A stretch of DNA of 61,796 nucleotides, filler included, from Porpidia crustulata (lineage: Eukaryota), in assembly GCA_964255105.1 (NCBI GenBank). It is 4 parts of 4 records of this genome, joined end to end, with 100 filler letters (N's around TTAATTAATTAA, not from the genome) between each part and the next. Parts side by side here need not be neighbours in the genome. Positions count along the whole stretch, not along the records: positions 15,483 to 30,858 come from CAXUWE010000314.1; positions 30,959 to 46,328 come from CAXUWE010000315.1; 2 more parts are not named here. One strand, given 5' to 3'. Of this stretch, positions 24,721 through 35,620 are shown piece by piece. Under the pieces are notes generated by a model that had not been told where the DNA came from, did not search any database, and worked only from the letters and a program-made list of their open reading frames with translations. The position numbers and the translations under genes were made by a program. The first letter of the stretch is position 1, and every line of letters begins with the position of its first letter.

Positions 24721-25810
24721 ATGCCCGGGCTTCCAGGTAAACGCTTCTCAGAACACGACAAATTGCGAAAAGAGAATCTGACTGACCGTATACTACAGCG
24801 AGTGTAGACCTGGATGAATGTATAGAGCGCCTTTACAAGAAAGAATTGCTCGCAGACTCGGTCATTGAAGCAATATGCGCCAAGACGAAAGAGCTCCTCA
24901 TGAAGGAAAGCAACGTGGTACATATCGCAGCGCCGGTCACGGTAGTTGGGGACATACATGGCCAATTCTTTGATATGATCGAGATCTTCAAGATTGGAGG
25001 ATTCTGTCCGGATACCAATTATCTATTTCTTGGTACAGAACCTTCGCCAACGGGGCAATGGCACAACTTACGCTAATCTCGTCCGGAACAGGCGATTACG
25101 TGGATCGTGGCCTGTTCAGCGTCGAAACAATCTCCTTACTTGTATGTCTAAAGCTGAGATACCCCCAACGCGTTCATCTTATTCGAGGAAACCACGAGTC
25201 CCGCGGGGTCACCCAGTCTTACGGCTTCTACACCGAATGCTCCCGGAAATATGGCAACGCCAATGTCTGGCACTATTTCACGGACATGTTCGATTTCCTA
25301 ACCTTGAGTGTAGTCATTAACGACCAGATATTCTGTGTTCATGGCGGTCTTTCTCCTTCCATACACTCCATCGACCAAATCAAAATCATCGATCGCTTTC
25401 GTGAGATACCCCACGAAGGTCCGATGGCAGACTTGGTGTGGTCAGACCCAGACCCCGATAGAGATGAATTCTCCCTTTCTCCGAGAGGTGCAGGCTACAC
25501 TTTCGGAGCTCAGGTTGTCAAGAAGTTTCTCGAAGTCAATTCTATGACGCACATCTTACGCGCCCACCAATTATGTCAAGAAGGATACCAGGTGCTCTAC
25601 GACGATCGACTGAGCACTGTGTGGAGCGCACCCAATTACTGCTACCGATGCGGCAACATGGCTAGTGTGTTGGAGGTCAGCGATACTGGAGAGCGGTATT
25701 TCAACGTTTTTGACGCTGCGCCGGAAAATGATCTCCACAGAGGCGAGCAGCAGCAACAACCAAATCAGGGTCAGGATGGGCAAGGAGTTGTGGTCGAATA
25801 TTTTCTTTGA
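24721..25810 (+). CDS. PPG1: Ser/Thr protein phosphatase, PP2A-like Ppg1; exons 24721-24736, 24799-25032, 25092-25810
   Basis: GDIHGQ, GDYVDRG, RGNHE, SAPNY motifs and C-terminal YFL; N-terminus [12 protein letters not shown] and [10 protein letters not shown] match Ppg1 rather than Sit4/Pph3. Confidence 0.93.
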
Positions 25811-25898
25811 AGATACCACTGCATTTGGCCGGGAGTTCGAGCCTTTTTTATTATTATTGGGAATGCTACGCATGTCATTCCTCTCCTATGAACTGAGA

Positions 25899-28312
25899 CT
25901 ACCTCATCAATCGATCTCCCTCACCATCCCTGCCCTCGCTCTCGCTTTCATCTTCCTCACTCTCCTCCTCAGTACTCCCCTCTTCGCTTTCCGTCTCACC
26001 TTCGCTACTCTCCTCGTCATCTTCCTCGCCAAGCCACTCATCGAGAGTCTTGTCCTTATCCTTACCTTTATCCTTTTCTATCGGCCTTCCTCCGTCAGGT
26101 AATCTCTCCGCCGCAGCGCCACCCAACCTGTCCACCGCTGCTCCTGACCTAGCCTCCCCACCATCATCCCGAAGGGCAGGCGCTGGTTCCGAACCTTCAG
26201 CCACCCAATCAGGCAATCCGCCGTCCGAGCCCGCACCAACTTCTCTGCCCACAATCAAGCTGGCACTCCCAAGCAAGAACCATTTCCGCGTTTCTGAAGG
26301 AGAGGGAGCTTGTGGCACGGGCTTTGGGGCGAGCAGGAGTAAGGACGCAAGTTGAGTATTTTGGGGGTCAGAGAGGAGGGCGCGGTAAGTGCGGCAGCGG
26401 TCGCGGAGGTCAAAGGAGGTATCGTAGCGGACAAGGAGGAGGATGTGGGACCAAAGCAAGTGTATAGGGTGGGAGGGTTCAGGTGGTTGAGGCGGGAAAT
26501 CTGCTTCGTCACTGGTTGTTGGTTCTAGAGTTTCTTGAGGTAAGATATGGGCGCGATTGAGATGGTGTAGATAGACTTTGGCGGCGAGTAGTAGAATCTG
26601 CAATTTCGCAGCTCCAGACTCGTGCGCGAAGCCCTTTGTCAATATCCGCAGAACGTCTGGCGCGATGTTATGCTCGTCGTCAACCCCGGCGGATTCGCCG
26701 ACGAGCCAGATGATGCTTGCGCGCGCCTGCGGATTGGTGATTGTGTCGAGGGTTTTGGCAAGCCGAATGACAGTTTTACTGTGCGCATGCGGGGGTTGCT
26801 GGATCAGATGGCGGACGACGGTCAGGGACTCGGCAACGAGGGTGCTATCTTGACTGGAGATTTGCTTGAGCAAGAGACGTAGGCAGCGAGGAGAGGCGCT
26901 GGGAGAGTTCTGGGCGCAGCGGCCAATGGCACGGACGCTCTCCGAGATTAGAGACGGGTCTGGGGAGTGGGTGAAGTGCTCGAGTTCAGCGAGAATGAGG
27001 TCTTGGATGTGGGGTTCGGAGTGGGGAAACAGCAGGGTGAGGGCTTCGATCTTTAGTCGGGAGATGGAGGGTGGGTCGGTAGAGTGGACGAGAAAATGGG
27101 TTGTGTATTCGACGAAGGCTTGGGGGTGAACGAGGCAGACGGCAACAATGTTGTACATGGCTAGTTGACGGATATCTTGAGGACTCCGGAGTAGGGCTAT
27201 CAGGGGGCCGATGGATGAGTTAATGTAGTAGATTGTGCCAAGATAGAGATAGCAACGGGCGACGGAGACGACGACGGCAGAGTTGCGGCTTTGGAGTAGA
27301 GAGGAGCAAGCTTTGAGGAAAAGTTCGAGGTCGGGGTCTAGCACTTGGACTTCTTCCTTCGGAGTCTCATCTTGCTCCTCGCTACCTTGATCGTCATAAA
27401 AGTCTTGATTTCTGCTCTTTTTGACTCTCTTCGTTCTTCTCGGAAAGCATCTCCGGGCATAGATGGTCATTAGCCTCAATGTTGCTAATTGACCCCATTC
27501 ATCCATGTCGACTAGCTTTCTTACGAGTGCTCTGTAGTGTTTATGTATCAGATCCATTCGATCTGGGCACATCTCGAGGAAAGCGGTGATAGCAGACCCG
27601 ACAACATAGTACTGCTTGTCTCCGAGCAAAGTTGATAGGTAATCCACAAGCTGGGGCAATGTATTTGGGTCTAGCCTGAAGCATTTGGGGATTGCCAGGG
27701 CAGCTGCTTTACGAACGTACGGACTCATGTCTCCACATCCTCGCTTGATAGCCAAAGAAACAATCTGACTGATCACTGGAACCCTAATACCGGACATGAC
27801 TCTCAGTGCCATAGCCCGGACTTGAGGATTCTGGTCCGTAAGAGATTTTTGTATAGTATTGATAGAAAGCAAAGCAAGGTCCGGCTCAGACTCGGCATAG
27901 TGGAGTAGATAGATGTAGACAAGCTTTTTGATCTCGATGTTTGGACTTGCAACATTCTTGACTATGGATGAGAAAAACGGAAGACACGGCTTTGACCGGT
28001 ACATCATCTATACATCCAATATCAGACAAGAGTCCATCTTCGTTATCCCAAGTCTGACCGTACGCTTATGACCTTCCGTAAGCCTTCCAGTATTTCTCGC
28101 TCAACTCGGCTGTCTAATAATTTCTTTATTTGTACGAAAGGTAGCTCTCGAGTCGAAGCTCGTGTGCTGAAGCTCCGGGAGGACCCAGCGGACTGTGCTG
28201 CTTCGAGAGTCAATTCCCTTGCTGTGTATAAAATTAGCTCGATGCTCTGAATGGTTCCTCACAGTATTCTACCTGTGTCCAGCATGGACGAGATCTTCGA
28301 CATTGACTCCAT
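25899..28312 (-). CDS. APL6: AP-3 adaptor complex beta subunit; exons 28312-28273, 28221-28064, 28007-25899
   Basis: Adaptin-N motifs KKLVYIYLLHYAE..PDLALLSINTIQKSL.DQNPQVRAMALR, VRKAAALAIPK, DMDEWGQ, YDTSFDLRDR; acidic tail. Confidence 0.95.
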
Positions 28313-28565
28313 GGGTTTTGCACTTCCCGGAGGCTAATGCTCCTCGTAATTTGTAGACAGTCAAACCAAGTTAGACATATTGACGCAGCGACATTGACCT
28401 TGAACTTGCTCGGGCTTTCCGCCTCAAACTCCGCACTTCTCCATCATCATCATCAGCGGGATCAACAAACCATCAAGCTCGTGTGGCAAAGAGCAATGAT
28501 GGCATCCGACGTACCAATGATAAACAAAGATGATCTTCGATGTTTAACGATATTAAGTGTGCGAT

Positions 28566-29288
28566 ATGGCTAACCAGCGTCGAGTCGTTCTTCCTCCTAT
28601 CAACTGTATCGATTTCATTGACTACATCCTTCACTCGCACTCAGTTCCAACAACATTGGTCGTCTGTTCCAGTCGGGAGATCTTCCTAGAACTCCTTCAA
28701 TCTAGTATTCACAACACACACCCCACTGTACGTTCCGATACTCCAGAGAATGGGATTCCCAAAACACTTCATCGTTTTCTAATTCCAACCATTCACCTCC
28801 TCGCAACGTCACGGACAGTCAAATTGGCTTTTGCGCCTACCCTCCCTCATCTCAGGGCATTCTTAGCAGTCTTTGGTCATTCATTAGAGTCCGTAGCCAG
28901 CACGTGCAGCTATGAAAAGACGGGAACCTGTACGCCAACCCTGGCAATTCTTGGGCTTGTAGCTCTGCACCAATTCACCGGCGAGTACTCTGCCCAAGGC
29001 TTATCACGAACCCTCGCCAATGCTGTCGACGCTGCGGACAGCGCAGACGTGAGGTTGGTGCTTGCAGAACTTCGAGTCCAGCAAGCTATGGAACAAGCGA
29101 TCGATGATGGAGGTCCTATCATTGAAGTTCAAGAGATAGATCCATGGAAGGAACAAGTGCCATTATTAAGCAATAGCATCCGAATCGGGGATGATCAAAG
29201 AGCTTGGGCTGGCAAGACCATTGACGTTGCAAGAGTGGTCGAAAGATGGTGCCACTTTATCATTTCGGAAGACATATATGTTACCTGA
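28566..29288 (+). CDS. Hypothetical protein (240 aa), possible degenerate RecA-fold Rad51 paralog (SWSAP1/Shu-like)
   Basis: Intronless ORF head-to-head with APL6; alternating strand/helix pattern TTLVVCSSRE, VKLAFAPTLPHLRAFL, LAILGLVALH, LSRTLANAVDAA, VARVVERWCHF. The CDS is well supported; the fold is inferred. Confidence 0.8.
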   Translation: MANQRRVVLPPINCIDFIDYILHSHSVPTTLVVCSSREIFLELLQSSIHNTHPTVRSDTPENGIPKTLHRFLIPTIHLLATSRTVKLAFAPTLPHLRAFLAVFGHSLESVASTCSYEKTGTCTPTLAILGLVALHQFTGEYSAQGLSRTLANAVDAADSADVRLVLAELRVQQAMEQAIDDGGPIIEVQEIDPWKEQVPLLSNSIRIGDDQRAWAGKTIDVARVVERWCHFIISEDIYVT

Positions 29289-30858
29289 TACTTGTTTTCA
29301 AAGCTTGTGGAAAATTCGCAAGGTGCCTGAAAGCCTGGTTCTATCAAATGAGGCGCGGGCTGGTATGCTCTGTGCAGGTAGAATAACGGAGGAAACCACC
29401 TGACCTTAGTCTAGGAATGGACGTAGTAGATGAGTAAGTATGAATGACATGCTATCTATATTTTGTTTGAGCTTATTATTTAAACGTAGGAAGGAGAACA
29501 TGGCCACAGTTTTATCTTTGTAAAACTTTCCAGATGAGCCCATATGAATATCTACAAGGACAGCAGCTCCTTTCTTTACACTAGTCTTTCTACTTTCTTT
29601 TTTTCCAGAGACCAAAGTCTTCCTGACCGACATAGCCTATCACGATTGCTGTGACGATTTTTCCTGTCTCCTCCAGTCTCCTTACTACCAGACGTTCTAG
29701 CCTCCACATTTCATTAAATGAAGAGCCCACCGCCCAAATCACAAGTGCTGCGTATGGAATCCCGTGCTCAGAAGACTACGATAGGCACCATGGGCCTTGT
29801 TTTATGATAGTCTATATAACGGAGGGGCAGGAAAAATCTACTTCAATGGTTCTATAATCGGGGGATACAACCATGTGCGTACGGCAGGGAGGAAGCGCTG
29901 ATCTAGAATGGTAGAGTAAAGTTGTCATGGATGCCTAGGCGGTGAACGCTCTTGATATTTGGCAAAACCAGGCAGGGAAATATTAAAGCTCCCCAACACC
30001 CTTCAAGATTATGCACTACATCCAGTACTCTGTGGAATAGATAACACGAGACTCGATTCGTTGCTATATCATTCAGGACCATTTCGTCGTCGTGGTGCCT
30101 GGCATACCTGATCGCGACTTCAAAGTCCTTTGTTTTGCCTTACCATTCCCCTTCTCACCCACTTCTCCTTTGTCCCCATAGAAAGAGCCCTCCCTCCTAC
30201 CGATCGTGCCGTCTCGACTCATAAGAGAGCAATGGAGGACCTTCATTGGGAATTTCAGCACAGCCACTCTTTTCAAAGACTAGTCTTTAGCACCTACTGA
30301 TGATGCAAAAGTAATCTCTGCGTCCTCACCAAATTTTGATAATCACAGCCTTTGCATTAGATAGGGGCTTCACTTCCCGAGATACTTCAACTACCATACC
30401 AATGAACTATACTTACTCCGTTCAACCATCAGCATTATTCCAATGGCAATCTACACTTGACTCTCAATTTGTCAAAGTTCCGCTGCTTCACAATCTCCAT
30501 CCATCGCCGAACCGTTTCCGCACAACACATTACCGCTGCAAAACACCCCATCCACCGAGCTCCAGCTTCCGAGACAAAATCTTTGTTCTCCGTGACGTCG
30601 TTGGCTGCGGACGTGTTGCGATGGATACGCTCTGGCATGAGAGAAAATGGCCTGATTGTTCGGGTGGTAGCGCTGCTTGTTCCAAGAAGTCGGCGTGAGA
30701 ATCGCTTCTTTTTCTCAGATTTCGCCCAGTCGGAAACGATAATGCGATTTGGTTACACCTTAATCCTTTATCCTTCAGTGCATCCTACTAGCACAACGGT
30801 TTCTTTATCCTCCCATCCCCCAAATTTACCTTTCCTCAAAAGTACAACTCCCATTATC

Positions 30859-30958
30859 NNNNNNNNNNNNNNNNNNNNNNNNNNNNNNNNNNNNNNNNNN
30901 NNTTAATTAATTAANNNNNNNNNNNNNNNNNNNNNNNNNNNNNNNNNNNNNNNNNNNN
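30859..30958. other. Artificial contig-joining spacer (44N-TTAATTAATTAA-44N)
   Basis: Identical 100-nt spacer. Confidence 0.99.
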
Positions 30959-31053
30959 GGGGTGGAGAGGTACCCTTTGAGTCCGACGTGTTCGGCGAGC
31001 CCGGCGAGCTCGCCTTTGCGCTGCTGGTGCAGCCAGTTGGAGGCGCCTGACAT
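30959..31053 (-). CDS. First exon of a gene truncated by the contig end (HeH/Rho-N-like helical N-terminus)
   Basis: MSGASNWLHQQRKGELAGLAEHVGLKG followed by a G|GTACCT donor just before the gap; C/A-rich leader upstream. Confidence 0.6.
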
Positions 31054-31619
31054 TGTTTTTCTCTGTTTGCGACTTGGCAACAGCGGGTTGCGCGGGCAAT
31101 GCGATCGCAAAGATAGGCTTGATGCGAAGGATTTCAGAATTCTGGTTTGGAGTTTGGAGTTGGAGTGATAATTAAAGTAGTTGGGTGGTGTTTACGTCTG
31201 GGGTGGGGGATGTTTACATCTGGGGTTTCTGCGCGTTGCGACTGATTGGGGATAGTTTGATTGGCTAGCGTGGAATAAGGTGATTGGCTCTTGTTCGAGC
31301 TCCTTTTCGAGCCTTGTCTTAAGTTACCTGTAGTCAATTACCCTATATTACGTGTTAATTATTACTGAGATCCGGTTCTTTCGATCTGGTGTAGAGGTTA
31401 GGGAATTCTATGCCTCCAAGTTTGAACAAATTGAGAAGAGATGGAAGCATATGTAGACCTTGAATTGGGTAGAGTGAATATCGAACATCTATGCAGTTTA
31501 TCTTACGCCATGAAAATGCAACGCGCCTTCGTAAATGCTTCTGACGCATACTAATCGTCCTCTAAGGTCTATCTCCCGGAGCTGATTCTGTCTGCAAACA
31601 TAATGATGCCGGGACCATC

Positions 31620-33007
31620 TCAACTTAGGCTGCTACCCTCGTTGGCGGGCGTTGTATGAGCCGCTATTTGTGTTAGAAGTGTCTGGTAGAGGACAAGCAT
31701 TGTTCCACTCTGCACACTGGTCCACACGAACCTTGGGCCAACTCCACGGAATAATCCCGCAATGCCCTCTGTCTTGTATATAAGCTTAAGGCCTGTGATA
31801 ACGGAAGAGGTATCCAGCGTTACAGGTGCCGGCTTCCGCGCTGTCGTATTTGACGACGAAGTTGAGATGACGCGCTTCTGATGAGCCAGGTGTTTCTTCC
31901 CTGTAGCATAGGTAGCTTCTGTTGTAGGCGTAATCTTGCTTGGCCTTTTGGTGGTGTCAGATGAATTTTGTACTGCTGCTGTGGAAATTTCTTCCGGTGG
32001 ATTGAGCTGCGTTTGAATCCTTGTTTTTACCACGTCGAGTGGACAGGTAATTACTCCAGCCATGCCCCCTGCTGATGTAGCAGTCAAGATCTCCAGAGGT
32101 AGTCCAATGTCTTTGTTCCCAACCCATTGCTTGGCCCATTCCCGTTCTTGCTCGTAAAATGCAAATTGCAGCGCTGAAAATGGCAGGTCTCTCCATATGG
32201 TGGCTTTGTAGCCATAGAAAAGCGCTGATACGCCCTCTTGACGAACTATAGTTCGAGCAGCATCTAATGTGGATCGGTAATTGTAACCGGAATTGGAAAA
32301 AGGATTATTGTATCGCCCTTGGAGTTGAAGGCGAGTTTTTATTACTTCAGATGGGACATACACAACGGAGGCTGCGAAATCAGCAAGGAAACCTGAAACA
32401 ATTAGCTACGAAATGGTTTCCGGGGCTTGCTTATTGAACATACCTCCAGCTAAGTAGGCCAGAGAATGATGGACACCCGCATCGATCAAATGGCGTTTAC
32501 TGTATTCATAGGTACCAAAAAAAATAAGGGTGCCTGGGAATGATCCCAGAAACGCGGGAGTGACGCCGCTGTAAAGACCTCTCCGAAGACCTTCCTGCCG
32601 GAAGATCTTTGAATAGGTCGAGGACAAGGACGTATACTTGGCAGGTAAGCGGGGATCACCCTGCTGCCGGGTCTTGACAGTGTCAATGGAATGCATAAGA
32701 AGGTCCCCAGTAGTACCACCAACCGCGCCACATAGCATCGACTGCAGGTGTCATCAGTCCTCGGATATTTTCAAAGCCAAAAGCATTGCAATCAAGGTCT
32801 CACATGTAGGTATGGCGGTCGAGCTTCTTCCTCCTCTTCCAGGGCCGTGGCATATTCTTTCCTCGTTCCTCCGTGGAGTGAGATATTCTGGCTAACCCTA
32901 GGTTCCTGAACCGTGAAAGGATGCGTAAGGTCATGACTGTCAGGCGTCGCAAATTGCGTAGCTTGACCTGTAGTGAGTGTGTTGGCAATTCGGCAGGCTA
33001 GGGACAT
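31620..33007 (-). CDS. MME1: Mitochondrial carrier (SLC25), Mme1/YMR166C type; exons ~33007-32804, 32741-32444, 32392-31620 (start uncertain)
   Basis: Three carrier repeats: MHSIDTVKTRQQG, YVPSEVIKTRLQLQGRYNNPF..GYNY, CPLDVVKTRIQTQ; GYKATIWRDLPFSALQFAFYE resembles yeast Mme1. Confidence 0.85.
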
Positions 33008-33494
33008 GACCCTCCTCTGAGGATCCTGACGAACACCACAACTCAGCTGCACAGAAAAAGATACAAGTAAGGTATCCGCATCCTAACCTCAGTGTAGGAT
33101 GTGGTTGGTTAAAACTTTGTAAATGACGAAGCTTTGATATCTAAATTTAAAATACCTCGGATTTAACGTTTATTACATCGATAGTTTACGTGGTAGAGGT
33201 GTCAATGCGGTTCGCCGACTTCAGCACACTTAAAAATTCTTTATAGCGTCTGGCAACAAGTGTCAGGGACGAGAAAGGATCTCTTTGATCAAACAGATCT
33301 GAATTTACCCTACATAGTATGTGCAGCAAGTAGAATAATTTCTGCGTCCAACGACGCCATGATTCTCCTAAGCCACAGCGATTCAAGTGCCCCGTCGTAG
33401 CGTACACTCACATGAACCCGTGTCTGTGTGACTCGATATATTGACGAACCATACATGACTTCTTACCAGCGCTGGTAGGAGTGGAACTCCTAAC

Positions 33495-35164
33495 TTATAA
33501 CAGCATTTCCAATGGATTTTCAACCACTTTCTTAAATTCGCGGATCCACTCCCCTCCAACAACCCCATCAACTACCTTGTGATCGAAGCTTCCAGTGACA
33601 ACAATCTGGTCGTCCCATTCAACTGTCGCCTCGTCTCCACTCGTCGACGGAACGGCAACTTTTTTCGTAGTTCCAACTGCAAGGATACCCGCTTGTGGTG
33701 GATTGATTACGGCGGTAAACCGATCTATGGCTGCGTTCATGCCCATGTTGCTGATTGTAAATGTTCCTCCTTGGTATTCCTCAGGTTTCAACTTGCCGTC
33801 TCTGGCTCGTTTCCCAAGATCCTTGACTTGCGCTGATATGTTCTCTAGTCCAAGATTCTCGACGCCTTTGACAATTGGTGTCATGAGGCCAATGGGTGTA
33901 GCTACTGCAACACTCACATCGACTGTAGTGTGTTTGCGGATAACGACTTGGCCATCGATTTCACGCCAGCTAGAGTTCACGGTGGGGATTTTCTTGCAAG
34001 CAACTGCCGAAGCTTTGATCAAGAAGTCGTTGACTGATAACTTATACCTGCCGTCTGCTGAAGCATTCAGAGCTTGCCGCAGCTTCAAGAGTTTCGAGAC
34101 AGAAACCGTTGCAGCGACAAAATAGTGAGGATTCTGGTTCATGGATTGCGTAAGGCGATTTGCGATAGTCTTTCGCATCGAAGTTGCCGGTACATCCTCA
34201 TATGAAGGGCCCACAGATGTAGACGCTCCGGATACTGCACCTGCTGCAGGCTTATACTTCTCAATATCCTGTTTTGTAATTCTCCCGCCTGGGCCTGTTC
34301 CTTTGACAGCTTTGATAGGTACACCAAACTCTAGCGCTAGGGATTTAGCTCTCGGACTCATTGATGGCTCTCGGTCTAAGCTAGTCTGCAGTTTCCCGCC
34401 AGTGGACTCAGATTCGGGCTCCGGGGTTGGTTCGGGCTTCGTCTGACTCTTGTCAAGGGTAGATGGAGAAGTCTTCGACCCTGAGTCTGGAGGCTCAGAA
34501 GACTGAGAAGCCTCTTCTTTGGGAGCATCCTTTGGTGGGGCTTTAGCTCCACCTGCATCCTCGACTGTGAATGTTTCGAAAGGAGCAATGTCCGTACCCT
34601 CCTCGACCATTACAGCAATTGGCTAATTATGATTAGCCCTGTCTCATGAGCGACATCTCACAAACTGACATTTCCCACTGTGACGTCCTTTTCGCCCGAG
34701 TCTTTGAGTATCTTGGCCAGAACGCCATCTTCTTGAAATTCAAAATCCATTTGCGCCTTGTCGGTTTCAATCTCTACCAGTACATCACCTGGGGCGATCG
34801 TATCCCCAGCCTTTTTCTGCCACGTCCCAATGTTCCCCGCTGTCATTGTAGGGGATAATGCCGGCATTGTAACAACTGTGTGCGGAGGAAATGCTAAGGC
34901 CGTAACTGTCAGCTAGGACTGTACGATGATAATAGTAAAGGTCAACCTTACACTTTGACGCATAGTATCGGGCAAGTGCAGCGAGGGCTGGTATTTGTCT
35001 GCTGAAAAGCTATATAATAAGCTTCGAATTCTTCGTAGGTTTGTTACATTGTTTTCTAGCACTCGCCTTGAGTTTCTGCAGGTTGTAGGTAGCCCGATCA
35101 AGCTTGGGGAAGCTCGAAAACATGCTTGCGCTGGAGCTCGGCGAAATACCGCAGCTGCAGACAT
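33495..35164 (-). CDS. LAT1: Pyruvate dehydrogenase E2, dihydrolipoamide acetyltransferase; 4 exons
   Basis: Lipoyl domain [21 protein letters not shown]3-binding [12 protein letters not shown], catalytic DHKVVDG. Introns ~35066-35002, 34951-34894, 34669-34623. Confidence 0.97.
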
Positions 35165-35620
35165 TGCTTGCCAATTCCTCAGACTTGAAGCTCGAATCTA
35201 CCAAGTATAAACGGAATAAACAGTCAACTTAAATGTTAAGCGACCATGAGGGCGGCAGTGACTTGCGGTGCAGAGCGACAAATTAATGTTGAGTTGCAAA
35301 GTTGAAGTTAATTTTGGGGGTTGAGGACGTGGAGAGCTAAAGGGCCCGACTCGCCGAGTTCCGCAATCAGACCCGCTCAGTCGGTCACCGTACTCAGGCG
35401 GCCAATCAGACGTAAATGGGCTGCCTTCCCTATGGCATCTTACAATGATAATTTGTGAGTAGGTTAGAAAAGGACACTTTTTTCCTACAACAGCCAGGGA
35501 CAGAGGCATCTACCCCTCACCCAGTCTTTTAGTTGTATAGCTTAATGGTGGGGCAAAAGATCCGTCACCAAGACGAGGCTCCTCCTAAGCTTTGGCGGTC
35601 ACATTGACTCCATTGCTGAC

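Noticed and set aside
5401..25810. Apparent phosphatase module (PP4 regulator PSY2 plus catalytic PPG1)
   Set aside because: Different contigs joined by an artificial spacer; Psy2 partners Pph3, not Ppg1.
29290..30858. Short ORFs in the 1.5-kb region before the second spacer
   Set aside because: No domain-like content; the last ORF is terminated only by the artificial linker.
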